Assembly (NCBI GenBank): GCA_977017575.1
Contig: CDRNVI010000170.1
Location: 124,001-188,000 of the forward strand
Length of the DNA: 64,000 bases
Reading direction: 5' to 3'
Origin: Paramoeba atlantica
Taxonomy: Eukaryota; Protista; Discosea
Shown here: piece after piece, positions 41,255-52,186 of the stretch
Layout of the letters: every line of letters begins with the position of its first letter
Position numbering within the stretch: the first letter of the stretch is position 1
Program-made: the position numbers and the translations under genes
The notes under the pieces: generated by a model
Databases searched by the model: none
What the model was told of the DNA's origin: nothing
Seen by the model: only the letters and a program-made list of their open reading frames with translations

Positions 41255-41286
41255 TTTTGTTGTGTAAAAAAAGAAGAAAAAAAAAA

Positions 41287-41359
41287 CTCCACCTGGAGGG
41301 TTCGAACCTCCGACCTTGTGGTTAACAGCCACACGCTCTGCCAACTGAGCTAAGGAGGA
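41287..41359 (-). tRNA. tRNA-Asn: tRNA-Asn(GTT)
   Basis: TGTGG-CTGTTAA-CCACA arm; 73 nt; one U-U mismatch in the acceptor stem. Confidence 0.94.
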
Positions 41360-41639
41360 ATGTATTGAAAAGATGTCAATTTTTTAGATTCAAAACAAAG
41401 ATTGATCACATTTTCTAAAGTCAATTACTGTCTCAAACATAAGCTGGAGGCAGTGTTGTACTCTTGTTGGGGGGAGGTCTTGCATTGATGAGGTTACCTT
41501 GCAAGTTTAAAGTCACATTCTACCAAGTGATCTGATCACACAATTGGGATCATTGTGACTTTGTAAGAGCGGTTTCGACTTTTTTGTGCTTCGACCAAGG
41601 GGAAGTATTTGTTTTTTGAATTTCACTCAATTCAATATT

Positions 41640-42030
41640 TGTATCATGGGAGTCAAAGGTTGTAATCTTAAACAAAGAAGGAGAATTGATCAAATCTTTT
41701 GGATCAAAAGGTTCTGAAGATGGTCAGGTTGATGATGAACCAGTGTGGGTGTGGATGTGGATGAAGAAGGTTGAATTATTGTTGTTTAACAATCTTTACA
41801 ATGTTGGCATTGATAGGGGGATGGGAATATTGTTGTTTGTTTCTGATTTTGAGAATCATCAGATTCAAGTGATGGAATATGAAGGGAATTTTATTTGATG
41901 TTTTGGAACAGAAGGTTCAGGTGTGATTCTCAATATTCCATGGTCCAAGAGGTGTTGATGTGGATGGGGGAAGGTAGAATTGTTGTTTGTGATTCAGAAA
42001 ATGGGAGAATGAGGGTGTTTTTAGAAGGAA
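41640..42030 (+). pseudogene. NHL-repeat (beta-propeller) protein fragment
   Basis: LIKSFGSKGSEDGQ..GVDVDEEG and IVVSDFENHQIQVM..FGTEGSG..GVDVDGEGRIVVCDSENGRMRVF, with frameshifts. Confidence 0.6.
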
Positions 42031-42312
42031 GGAACATTTCTTTTTTTATTTGGTGATTTTCACATGAGTGAACCTCATTTATGGGGTTGTTGTTGTTGAT
42101 TCATTTTGGATCAATTATTATTTCAGATTTTAAGAAGAATTTTAAAATTGAATTGTGGAACTAATTTGGAAGAGAGGAAGGGATTTTTTTATTATTCTTT
42201 TTCATTTTCTCCCTTTTTATTTTCTCTTCTTCAAGAGGGTTTTTGTTTTTTTGATTTTTTTTGATTGATTTTTTTGGTAATCCTTCTTACTTTGTTTCTC
42301 TCTTTCAACAAA

Positions 42313-42384
42313 TCCCCGATAGTATAGTTGGCAAAATCCCCGCCTGTCACGCGGGAGTCCCGGGTTCGATTCCCGGTCGGGGAG
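42313..42384 (+). tRNA. tRNA-Asp: tRNA-Asp(GTC)
   Basis: CCCGC-CTGTCAC-GCGGG arm; 72 nt. Confidence 0.96.
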
Positions 42385-43586
42385 GATTTTTTTTTCTCTT
42401 TCTCTTTCTTTTTCTTTTTTTTGATTCAATCCAAAAATACATGAAAAAAAGAGGAATTCTTCAATTTTTGTGTCTTCAAAAGATCAAAGTGATATGGTTT
42501 TTTTCTTTTTTTCTTTTTTTTTTTCTCTCTTCTCTTTTTTCTCTTCTCTTTTTTTTCTATTTTTATTTTTTGATTCTCTCTCCTTTTTTCTGATTTCTTT
42601 TGAACTCACACTAATAATAATAAATCACAAGATATGAAAGGGTCTCTGTTTTGCAAACTCCAATGCCTATGGTGATCTCTTCTTTCTCCTCTTTTGGGTT
42701 TCCTCTTTCTATTCTTCTTCTCTTTCTATCTTCTTTTATCCATTTTTTGTTGTTTTTCTTTTTGTTTTGATTTTAGGGTTGGTTTTTTCCATTCTTCATC
42801 CTTTTTTCCCAAAAATTTTTTTGTTGAAGAAGACTTATTTTTATAATTGAAGTCAAAAACAAGAAAATGTTGAAAAAATCAGAGGAGCAACTCACCCAAA
42901 AATGAGAAAAAGAGAGAGAAGAGGATGCAAGATCTATTTTTCAAGAATAAAAAAAGATGAATAATTCTCAAAAAAAATAAAGAACTTGAAACAAACTCAA
43001 AAACAAATAGGATTAAAACAAAATAAAAAGAACCAAAATATATCAAACCCCAAATTATTTTTTGGAACAGTACTTTTTGTGATATCATAAAACATCAACA
43101 GCCACAAAGTTCAACTTCAATTGGTTTCTTCTATTGCAAAGTGAACAATCACCATATATTCACCCATTGACAACAATCATTCTCTTGCTAACAAAAAATT
43201 GAAATCATCTCATGTGAAAAATTTTCGCTTCCACAGATTGTGTATGAAAATCTTTTGTTTTTTCTTATTCACCAGATCAAAAGCTGTTTGAAAACCTTCC
43301 TCTCAGTGAGTTGTTTCAAAAATTTTGGTCCATTCTCCAATTACTTTGTTGTGCAATGGAAGAGGGCCTTTCATTTTTTGGACAGAAATTTTTTTTACCC
43401 CTTTTCTGTTTCTTTCCAAGCAATTTGTTACCATCACCCCAAAAAAAGAGAAAAACAGAGAAAACCAAATTTTTCCAAAATCAATTTGAGTGTCACACAA
43501 ACAAACTTCAATTGGAGCAAAAGAGGGTCAGTGGGGAAACTTTTTTTCTTTTTTTTTTTTTGAAAATTTAAAAAAAAAAAAAAAAA

Positions 43587-43659
43587 AGCCACTAAAGGGG
43601 CTCGAACCCTTGACCACTAGGTTAAAAGCCTAGCGCTCTACCGACTGAGCTATAGTGGC
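43587..43659 (-). tRNA. tRNA-Lys: tRNA-Lys(TTT)
   Basis: CTAGG-CTTTTAA-CCTAG arm; 73 nt. Confidence 0.96.
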
Positions 43660-43895
43660 ATTTGTTGAAAAAAGTCAAATTTTTAGTGTGATGGGGGGGG
43701 GGCTGATTTTGATGGAAAAAGGAAAAAGAAGAAAAGGACACTCAAACAGAAAAAAAAGAGGTTTTTAATTCCTTCTTGAGCAAAACAACAAAGACAAAAG
43801 AAAACCCCATTCAATTCCCAACCAACCAACAACAAGGAAAAGGAGGAAGTCAATGAGATTTATCTTTTTTTCAATTTTTTTTCAAAAAAATAAAT

Positions 43896-43968
43896 TGCTC
43901 ATTACAGGGATCGAACCTGTGACCTCCGCGTTATTAGCACGGCGCTCTACCGACTAAGCTAAACGAGC
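43896..43968 (-). tRNA. tRNA-Ile: tRNA-Ile(AAT)
   Basis: CCGTG-CTAATAA-CGCGG arm; 73 nt. Confidence 0.96.
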
Positions 43969-44329
43969 ATTTCTGAAAAATGAACCAATTTTTTGGCTTT
44001 CCAGTGGGAAAAAGGTCGGGAGAAACAGAAAAACAAAGTGAAAAACAAAGAAAAGAGCAGAGAAAGGAAAAAACAAATGAAAAAAGTGATTGGAGAAAAT
44101 GAAGGAAAATCACTTTTATTGTTAATTCACAAAAAAGGAGGAAAAAAAACATCTATTATTTTTCATGATTTCCCAAAGACTATTTTTTTTTTCTTTTTCA
44201 AGGGAAGGGAAAACCTTTTCAAAATTGAATGATTTTTTTTTCATTCATTCATTCAAAAAAAGGAAAAGAAAAATGTTTTCAGTCCAAAAAAAAGGAAAAA
44301 ATTCAAAAACAAAAAAAAAGAAAAAAATT

Positions 44330-44413
44330 CGTCGGAAGCAGGATTTGAACCTACGCCCCGTTTCCAGGATGTGATTTCTAGTCACACGTCTTAGACCACT
44401 CGACCATTCCGAC
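44330..44413 (-). tRNA. tRNA-Ser: tRNA-Ser(AGA)
   Basis: TGTGA-CTAGAAA-TCACA arm; long variable arm; 84 nt. Confidence 0.95.
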
Positions 44414-44634
44414 ATTTAATAAAAAATGAGTGAAAAAAAGCAGAGAATAAGGAAAAAGAGCAGGAGAGAAAGAAAAAGGGGCAAACCAAAAACAAGGGGG
44501 GAAAGTGTCTGTAAAAGTTTGAAAAAAGTTTTAAATTTCTTGAAAAGAGGAAGAACAGGAAGAAGAGACAGATGATAAAGAGAAAGATGGAGAAAAGCAG
44601 AAGGACAAAAGAAAGAAAAGACAAAAGACTCAAA

Positions 44635-44905
44635 ATTTGATGGTCGAAATTTTGATTGACTTTTTTCTTTCAATGGTCGAAATTTTTGATGTTTTTTTCG
44701 ACCATTGAAGTTATTTTTTCGATGGTTGGTGTTTTTCTTGGTTTTTTTTCGATGGTCGAAAGTTTGGACAATGGAAGAAGATCAAGTTGAAGCTGTTTGT
44801 GAGCTGAGGTGGGCAATGACATCAGCTAACTTTCAGGGTGTTGAAACCTCTCCAGTGATCCGATTCAAACCAACTGCAAGTGCAGCAGCTTGAGCCCACC
44901 CCCAT
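44635..44905. repeat. Dispersed ~270-300 bp repeat, second copy at ~63040-63320
   Basis: Shared gaaattttgattgactttt..gtttggacaatggaa..gctgaggtgggcaatgacatcagctaactttcagggtgttgaaacctctccag..gagcccacccc. Confidence 0.88.
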
Positions 44906-45014
44906 GTGTGGAGAACTGTCACATGCAGAGAGAGAGAGAGTGAGAGTGAGATTCTCAACAAAATGAAACAACCCACCACAACACAACAGTTCTTTTTTGG
45001 TTTTTTCAACAAAT

Positions 45015-45086
45015 TCCCTTGTGGTGTAGTCGGTAACACGGTCGGCTCTCACCCGGCCACCCCGGGTTCGATTCCCGGCAAGGGAG
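45015..45086 (+). tRNA. tRNA-Glu: tRNA-Glu(CTC)
   Basis: Identical to 33892..33963 except at the wobble base. Confidence 0.96.
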
Positions 45087-45347
45087 CTTTTTTTTTTCAA
45101 TTCCTTTTTTTTTTCTGATGTGTTGTGTTGTTTCTTTTTCTCCAAATGTGTTCTTTGTTCCTTTTCTTTCTTTTTTTTTTTGATAATCTTTCCCAAAGAA
45201 TCAAGAACAATTTTTGAATCAAAAGAAGGTGAACCCCAAAGAGTTGATTTGAAAAAAAAAAAGATATCTTTGAGTTTGAACATCAAAAACACAAAACTGA
45301 TTCAATTTCAAAAAAAAAAAAAAAAAGAAAAAAAAAAGAAAAAAAAA

Positions 45348-45372
45348 TGCCGAAAACGTGGATCGAACACGT

Positions 45373-45404
<32 letters not shown>

Positions 45405-45420
45405 GCTGAGCTATTTCGGC
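45348..45420 (-). tRNA. tRNA-Phe: tRNA-Phe(GAA)
   Basis: TCAGA-CTGAAGA-TCTGA arm; 73 nt. Confidence 0.97.
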
Positions 45421-46572
45421 TTTTCTGGAAAAAAAGACCATTTTTTGGGAACACAGGTACTTGTGAAGGGGGATTGTCTGATTGGAACATTGAAAAACAT
45501 CAAAAATTCCCTTTTTTGAAACCACTTTTTGTGTTTTTGAGTGTTTTTTGGGATTAAAATATTCTCAAAATGAATTTTTGATACATGTTTAAACTGTTGT
45601 GATTTGGTGAAAGCTCTTTTTGAACACAAAGCACTAGATTTGTAGCACTAAAATCAACTTTGTTGTTTTGTGTTGGAACCACAAGGGCAGACACAGATGT
45701 AACAAGGGCAAGATCTGTATCCTGTTTGGAAACTCTGCTCCAACAAAAATATTTCCCACTCAGAACTTGGAGCAACGCTTCAGAGAGTTCATTTAGGGTG
45801 ACATTGGCCAGTGTCTCCCTGATTGCATTCAGTATCCCTTCTCTTGTTGAACTCTTTTTCTCAAAACCGATTTTTCCTTTCGTTATTTTTTTCAATCCAC
45901 ACAGATTTGTTCTTGATTTTCCAAATAATAATTACAGAAATACTCTTTTCGATTTTTGGACTGTTGGAGTTCTTCTGGGTTTGGAAGGATGGAGTGGGGT
46001 AATTCAGGATGAAGAGAAAGAAGACCTTGGATTCATCCCTCAGCCAACAAAAAAAAGTGTCCACAAACTTCCCAAAAAAGGAGATTGTGATATGTTCTTC
46101 ATTGTTTTTCATTAAAGTCTCATAGCCAAAGGTAAGAGATCAAATTGGATTTGGAAAATGTTTTAATGAATGAAATCAAAATAAAAAGTGTTTTGTAATT
46201 CTTGGAAAATAAATTGTTTTCGCTGAATGGATCATTTTGCGCGATCAATCCAGGAATAAGAAATCGGTCGGCAGATTTCAGGAAACAAAAGATTGAAAAG
46301 GACAGTCAATTCCAGGGTGACCTTCCCAGGTGACTTTTTGAAGCTTGAATAACTTTGGAAAAAACTTAAACATGAAGTGAATTAACAATATTTTTAAAGA
46401 TTTTTGAGTTCCATTTGCTCATGGAAGAGTGCTCATTCAATACCTTAAAATTGAGCTAACATCAAAAAGACCCCTAATTTTTTTTAAAAAAAAATTCTAA
46501 AAAATCAAAAAAAAATATTGAGCCTCACGAGAATCAAGTTTAAGAAAGAAAATAACTTTTTTTTCAATCCTA

Positions 46573-46853
46573 TGAACACGTCTACTTTGGTACAGACTAA
46601 AGAAGGCGTGTCAGAAATATGTTGAATGGACAACTGAAGAGCGGTCCTCAGAAGTCTCACGAAAAAGCGAGAAACTTCCTGATGACATCATCAATGGTGT
46701 TCTTTATTTAGATTCACAGAAGGTCGACTTGGAGGAGACCAAGGGTCGACTTGAAGGAGATTGGGAATTGACTTGGAGAAGATCAAGAGTCGGATCAAAC
46801 GAATAGAGCAGAGAGCCAAGTGTCTTCAGAGTAGCGCACATTGCTCGTGTGCA
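46573..46853 (-). repeat. 3' LTR (281 bp)
   Basis: 278/281 identical to 51906..52186. Confidence 0.95.
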
Positions 46854-47379
46854 CTCTCCCCGCCCAAGAAGTCCTTCGTTTAGGAGAAACGGAGGTGCTC
46901 AAAGAAGAGCCCGAGGAGCTTGAAGAGCTTGAGGACTTGGAAGAGGAAGAAGACTTCTTGGTCGATTTAGAGGTTGAAGATTTGGAGGTTTTCGATGATT
47001 TAGAGGAAGAGGAAGAGGAAGAAGACTTCTTGGGTGACTTGGAAGTTGATGATTTGGAGGATGATGACTTAGAGGAAGATGATTTAGAAGGAGGTGGATT
47101 CAAAGGGTGTTTCTGATGATACCTTTCGATTTGTTCTGAAGCATCAATTTGTGAAACATGGATCCATTCAGCATCGGCCTTTCGGTAGTGTTTGAAATGC
47201 ACTCGATAATAAAGTTCTCCATTCGAATACTTATGCTTAAGGATTTCCTTCACTTCAAAATCATAACCATCATCATCTTCAACAATCTCTTCGGGTGCTG
47301 GCTCTGAATTAACAATAGATATTTCATTTGATTCAGGATGCAGAGTAATCTCGTACCGAACATGGAGTTTCTTTAAGTT
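46795..47379 (-). CDS. Chromodomain plus Ser/Lys-rich tail; in-frame continuation of pol after a TAG
   Basis: YDFEVKEILKHKYSNGELYYRVHFKHY..EW chromodomain pattern; same frame as pol. Confidence 0.85.
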   Translation of the reverse strand, partial: NLKKLHVRYEITLHPESNEISIVNSEPAPEEIVEDDDGYDFEVKEILKHKYSNGELYYRVHFKHYRKADAEWIHVSQIDASEQIERYHQKHPLNPPPSKSSSSKSSSSKSSTSKSPKKSSSSSSSSKSSKTSKSSTSKSTKKSSSSSKSSSSSSSSGSSLSTSVSPKRRTSWAGRVHTSNVRYSEDTWLSALFV

Positions 47380-50300
47380 CTAAACGTTTTGGATTTCTGA
47401 ATTCTTCTCTCGTTTGAGTTCTTGAATCCGGTAACTTCCATTCTTAAGATCCTCCACAACCACATAAATCTCTTGGTAGTAATAGGGTCTGTACTTCTTT
47501 GCAATCTCTTTTCCTTTTGATTTGTTTCTCTTCAACACTTGATCACCAACCTTCAACACAGTGTATGTTCCTTCATTTGCTTTGTCATATCGTTGTTTTT
47601 GTTTCACAGCCACTTTCTCTCTCTCTTCTTGAACCCAATTAATTACGCCCTCCCTCTCAGTTTGTAGCTTCTTGACGTAGTCATCAATCAGTACCACTGG
47701 TTTGTTCACAGAGCCGAAGAGAGAATCGATTGGCATAATTGGATGTCTCCCAAAGTGAAGATAGAAAGGTGTGTAACCAGTCGAGGAGGAACGAGAAGTA
47801 TTGAAAGCAAATTCCACAAGAGGTAAGAGAAGGTTCCAATCGTCTGCATATTTATCAACAAATGAGCGAATGATTGATTCTGTAACTTTGTGGGAACATT
47901 CAACACGGCCATTACTTTTGGAGTTGTAGGGGGCAATAAAAGTTTGTTTCATTCCGAGAAGCTGGGTCAGTTCTGCAAAAATTTGATTTGCAAATTCTGA
48001 ACCATTATCTGTTACTATCCGCAAAGGCATTGAATTAACACAAACATACTGAAGTAAGGCTTCAGCAGAGGCTTCGGCAGAGGGATCTGGAATTGCATAC
48101 AGACGTATATAGCCACTAAAGTTATCAAGGATAGCCAAAATAAAAGAATTCCCACGAGCAGTGACTTTTGGTCCCTTTGTACAATCCAGGTGGAGTAAAA
48201 TTCCAGGATAAGAAGCCATATAAGGGTTTAAATCAGATGTCAATGTCTTTGTTTTCGAGTTGATCGCACAATTAAGGCAGCGGTGATAGTAACCTTTGAT
48301 CGCAGCACTCATACCAGGAAAATAATAGGAGACAGCAATTGCATCATAAAGTCGCTTGAACTTGCGGTGTCCAGAGATTAGATCTGAATGATAAGCGTCA
48401 AATACTGTATTCCACAAACTCTGGGGTAGAATTGCAGGTGGGAGACAACCGGCAGCTGTAGTTTCATCCACTTTCCTCAAGATTCCGGATTCATCAACCC
48501 AGTACTTGTGAGCAGTTCGTTGGAGTGCCCGAAGATAGCGCTTCCTCTTAGGCAAGAGGCCATTAATCAAGTAATTAATAATCATTGAGCAAAACTTATC
48601 TTTCCTTTGAGCCTGAGCAAGGTAAGGAAGTTCAACTAAAACCCAATCAATGTCATCCGTATCCACTTCAACATTCTCAGAACTTTCTTTTGCTGTGGAA
48701 AGTGGCAGAGGCAGTGATCGAATAGGAGGAATGTCACGAATTTCCGGCTCACTGATTAATTCAATTTTTTCCAAAATGTTGTTTTGTCTCGAGAGGATAT
48801 GGGTTTTTCCTGAAGAAGATTGTCCCAAATCCACCAACTCTTCAAACCAACGAGTCACATAATCCTTTGAAGTGGCCTTATCATGATATCCAACATACTG
48901 GCGGCTTAGAGCATCAGGGATTGCCATCAACTTTCCAGGTTTGTGAATGACCTTTGGGTGATATTCTAGAATTCGAGCAACCCAATCGCGCAGCATATCA
49001 TGGTTCGGTACTTTCTGTTGACCCGTTTTAAACACGGATTTGAGAGATTCGCAATCACAGAACACAATAGGATTTCGACCACGGACGTAATACTTGAAGT
49101 TGTTTAATGCCCACAGGATTCCAAGGCCCTCCCACAGAGGATTAGTATACTTCTGCTGTGTCTCTGTGAGTGTTCGAGAAGCATACTCAATAACTCGGTG
49201 GCGGCCATCTTGATCCATCTGAGTGAGAATCGCTCCAAGACCAAGCTTGCTGGCATCAACATGGATAAAAAATTCTTTTGAGAAGTCAGGATGGGCCATA
49301 CAGGTTTCGGATGTCAAGAGCTCCTTTAAGAGATGTATCTCCTTGATGGATTCTTGGGATAGCGAAAACTTCTTTGGATCCATCACTTTGGCTTTTCTCA
49401 AGTGTGTTGTTAAACTGGATGAACGAGGGATGAACCGTTTTAACCAAGTAACCATTCCCAAAAATCTCTCAACTTCCTTTGGAGTAGTTGGAAGTGGGTA
49501 ATTCTGGATTGCCTCAACTTTTTTCGGATTTGGCTTCAAACCATCCTTTGTCGCGATAAATCCAAGAATTTCAAAATTTGGCTTGCAAAATGAGCACTTT
49601 GCTGGTTGGAGCATCAAATCATTGTCCCTCAATCTTTGGAAAATTTTCATCAGATCAGCCAGATGTTGTTCAAACGTTGAGCTGTAACAAAGGATATCAT
49701 TGATGTAGGCAAAACAACATTGCCAAACCAGACCACTCAAGACCGTTTCAATAAACCGTTGTTGTGTTGCTGGAGCGTTACATAACCCAAAAGGCATCGA
49801 GAGAAATTCCCAGAGACCATATTTGCTGGTAAAGGCAGCCTTTTCAATGTCTCCTTCTCTGATTGGGATTGACCAGAAAGCCTCAGACAGGTCAATAGAG
49901 GAAAAATAAGAAGAACTGCCAAGTGCAGCTAAGATTTCATCCATACGGGGTAGTGGATAAGAGTCCTTCTTTGTTTTTTCATTCAGGCGACGGAAATCCA
50001 CACAAAACCGAACATTTCCATTCTTCTTGTCCGCCAAGAGAATTGGAGCAGCCCAAGGAGAGTTAGATTTTCTAATCACTTTCCTTTTCACCATCTTGTC
50101 AATATGTTTCCATATGATGCAGTCTTCGACAGGTGTGGTTCTACGGGGTTTTGCTCTCAAGGGTGGACCCTCTGCCTCGATTGGATGACTCGTTGCCGTG
50201 GTCCTAGTAATTGGACCTTCTCGCTTCTCATCATCCCACAAGTCTTGGAAAGAAACCAACATCTCCGCTAATTGTATTTTCTGCCTGTCATTCAATTCAG

Positions 50301-51132
50301 CATTATCCAAACCAAATTTCTCATATGCTTCTTTGAATTTATCAGGCAGATCTTTTTTATGTGCAGCAGACTTGTTTTGGGTGGCGATGTGAGTAAGCAA
50401 TTGTATCACAGATGAGTCACAATCGAGGTCAGGGTCGGGGTGTCTGGTGGATCGATCAGATTTGCCATTCTGATGATCGTGCAACTTCCATCTCTTCCGT
50501 TTAGGTTTTTGAAATAAATCCTCATCCTCAATCATTTTCTCAAGCCATGGTCCAGCGAGTGCACAGAGATAATTGGCACCAGTCTTTGCATTAACTGATT
50601 TTGTGTGAGGTGGTTGTTTCTTGGGTACAGATTTTCGAAGACAGGGTTCAATCAAAGAGTGTTTCGAGAGTTGAAGAAGCTCAGTGTTTTCGACATCATG
50701 GTCATTAAGCTGATAAACCGTTCCAACTTCGAGATTTTTCTTCACTTGGACCTCAGTCTCAGAATGATTCATCACAAGAACATTCAGTGTGTTGCGTTTT
50801 TTACCTTGCTCAATTGTAACCAAGCCAGGAAGGAATAACAAACTCTCTGATCCAATTGATGGAAAGAAGAATCCTTCAGGTGACAATGCACGGCCGTTCA
50901 GCGTTAGTGGAAGGAACACTGATGATCTCGGAGGGATTGCCTTTGTCTCAGCCGAGAGTACTAAGGTCTTATCTCGCCTCTCTACATCGACGTAGAAATC
51001 TGGATCTGTGACCTGAGGAAGGGTGATGTTGAGCTGTGCCGAATTTGCCTGGATGCATCTCCGACCTTTCCACGTTAAATGACCATCACTGAGACCTAGG
51101 CGACATCGTTTCATGGCACTGAAGCCAATCAA
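47380..51132 (-). CDS. pol: pol (RT, RNase H, integrase)
   Basis: RFCVDFRRLN, FLSMPFGLCNAP, YINDIL (YxDD altered), DASKLGLG RNase H, H-H-C-C zinc finger and DDE core (DCT..DNG..VEC). Confidence 0.95.
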   Translation of the reverse strand: MIGFSAMKRCRLGLSDGHLTWKGRRCIQANSAQLNITLPQVTDPDFYVDVERRDKTLVLSAETKAIPPRSSVFLPLTLNGRALSPEGFFFPSIGSESLLFLPGLVTIEQGKKRNTLNVLVMNHSETEVQVKKNLEVGTVYQLNDHDVENTELLQLSKHSLIEPCLRKSVPKKQPPHTKSVNAKTGANYLCALAGPWLEKMIEDEDLFQKPKRKRWKLHDHQNGKSDRSTRHPDPDLDCDSSVIQLLTHIATQNKSAAHKKDLPDKFKEAYEKFGLDNAELNDRQKIQLAEMLVSFQDLWDDEKREGPITRTTATSHPIEAEGPPLRAKPRRTTPVEDCIIWKHIDKMVKRKVIRKSNSPWAAPILLADKKNGNVRFCVDFRRLNEKTKKDSYPLPRMDEILAALGSSSYFSSIDLSEAFWSIPIREGDIEKAAFTSKYGLWEFLSMPFGLCNAPATQQRFIETVLSGLVWQCCFAYINDILCYSSTFEQHLADLMKIFQRLRDNDLMLQPAKCSFCKPNFEILGFIATKDGLKPNPKKVEAIQNYPLPTTPKEVERFLGMVTWLKRFIPRSSSLTTHLRKAKVMDPKKFSLSQESIKEIHLLKELLTSETCMAHPDFSKEFFIHVDASKLGLGAILTQMDQDGRHRVIEYASRTLTETQQKYTNPLWEGLGILWALNNFKYYVRGRNPIVFCDCESLKSVFKTGQQKVPNHDMLRDWVARILEYHPKVIHKPGKLMAIPDALSRQYVGYHDKATSKDYVTRWFEELVDLGQSSSGKTHILSRQNNILEKIELISEPEIRDIPPIRSLPLPLSTAKESSENVEVDTDDIDWVLVELPYLAQAQRKDKFCSMIINYLINGLLPKRKRYLRALQRTAHKYWVDESGILRKVDETTAAGCLPPAILPQSLWNTVFDAYHSDLISGHRKFKRLYDAIAVSYYFPGMSAAIKGYYHRCLNCAINSKTKTLTSDLNPYMASYPGILLHLDCTKGPKVTARGNSFILAILDNFSGYIRLYAIPDPSAEASAEALLQYVCVNSMPLRIVTDNGSEFANQIFAELTQLLGMKQTFIAPYNSKSNGRVECSHKVTESIIRSFVDKYADDWNLLLPLVEFAFNTSRSSSTGYTPFYLHFGRHPIMPIDSLFGSVNKPVVLIDDYVKKLQTEREGVINWVQEEREKVAVKQKQRYDKANEGTYTVLKVGDQVLKRNKSKGKEIAKKYRPYYYQEIYVVVEDLKNGSYRIQELKREKNSEIQNV

Positions 51133-51139
51133 TGTTTGA

Positions 51140-51653
51140 ACAGGAAGGTCATCAATAATGAAGAACCAGAGTCCTTGGGAAAACCTCTTTCCGACTTGAC
51201 CACGGTGTGAATCTCTTCATTAATCGCAACTTCGGTTGAGTTTCCCACTTTGACTTGAAGCTCGTCAGCTTGCCATCAGTTCAGGATCTCAAATCCAGGA
51301 CACGAAAGTTGCTGACGACTGATCGCATTGATACCAGATCCCGTGTCTATACAAGTAGTAGTTGCTAATCCACCCGCCTGAGACACAACTTCAAATGCAC
51401 AACCAATATCCCGGCTTTCCGCATTGATTACTAAATTCGGAAGAACATTGATCACATGATCTGAAGGAAGGTTGGTATGGGATGATGGATCAGCCCGAAC
51501 GTGAACATCAGAGTGTTTCAGAGGTTCTTGAACGTGAGTGTTGGACTGACTCAGAGGTTCTTTGAATTCAGTTGAGCAACTAGATGAAATCGAAGAATAC
51601 AATACAATGGGCTCAGAGCAGTAGAAAAACCCAATGGGAAAACTGGTGCTCAA
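51140..51653 (-). pseudogene. Aspartic protease region with in-frame TGA (51276) and frameshift (~51195)
   Basis: CIDTGSGINAI active site; QTLIGF flap end in the pol frame. Confidence 0.8.
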
Positions 51654-51905
51654 AGTTAAAAAGAAAAGAAAAGTCGCTTGCTCAAAAAACCAATTGGTGG
51701 AAAAATAGCCGACTCAAAAAGAAGATAAACGATCGAAAGTAGAAGATCGGTTGTTGTGAGGAAACCTGGCCTCCAGGAAAAAACCTCACCAGAATGTTTG
51801 TTCGCAAAAACAAGGCACTGTTGTTGTTTCAATTCAAAGAACAAATGTTCAATCTCGGTATCGAAAGTGAGCGTGAGTTCCGAAAATCAAAACCGGCGTC
51901 GCCAA

Positions 51906-52186
51906 TGAACACGTCTACTTTGGTACAGACTAAAGAAGGCGTGTCAGAAATATGTTGAATGGACAACTGAAGAGTGGTCCTCAGAAGTCTCACGAAAAAG
52001 CGAGAAACTTCCTGATGACATCATCAATGGTGTTCTTTATTTAGATTCACAGAAGGTCAACTTGGAGGAGACCAAGGGTCAACTTGAAGGAGATTGGGAA
52101 TTGACTTGGAGAAGATCAAGAGTCGGATCAAACGAATAGAGCAGAGAGCCAAGTGTCTTCAGAGTAGCGCACATTGCTCGTGTGCA
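51906..52186 (-). repeat. 5' LTR (281 bp)
   Basis: Direct repeat of 46573..46853. Confidence 0.95.

Larger units (their letters stand above)
46573..52186 (-). mobile_element. Ty3/gypsy chromodomain LTR retrotransposon, 5614 bp, TSD CCTA
   Basis: Two 281-bp TG..CA LTRs; CCTA on both flanks; PBS-like TGGCGACGCCGG next to the 5' LTR; polypurine tract GGGCGGGGAGAG next to the 3' LTR. Confidence 0.95.

Noticed and set aside
42880-46112. Protein-like fragments (43303..43500, 45554..45895, 45861..46112; also 35567..36028, 2400-3500 and 63350-63900)
   Set aside because: Plausibly decayed genes, but I recognise no motif and cannot assign a product without a database search.
51890-51905. Assigning the gypsy PBS to one of the tRNAs in this window
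   Set aside because: TGGCGACGCCGG is not complementary to any of the 14 tRNA 3' ends; the closest, Ser-AGA, would give TGGCGTCGGAAG.
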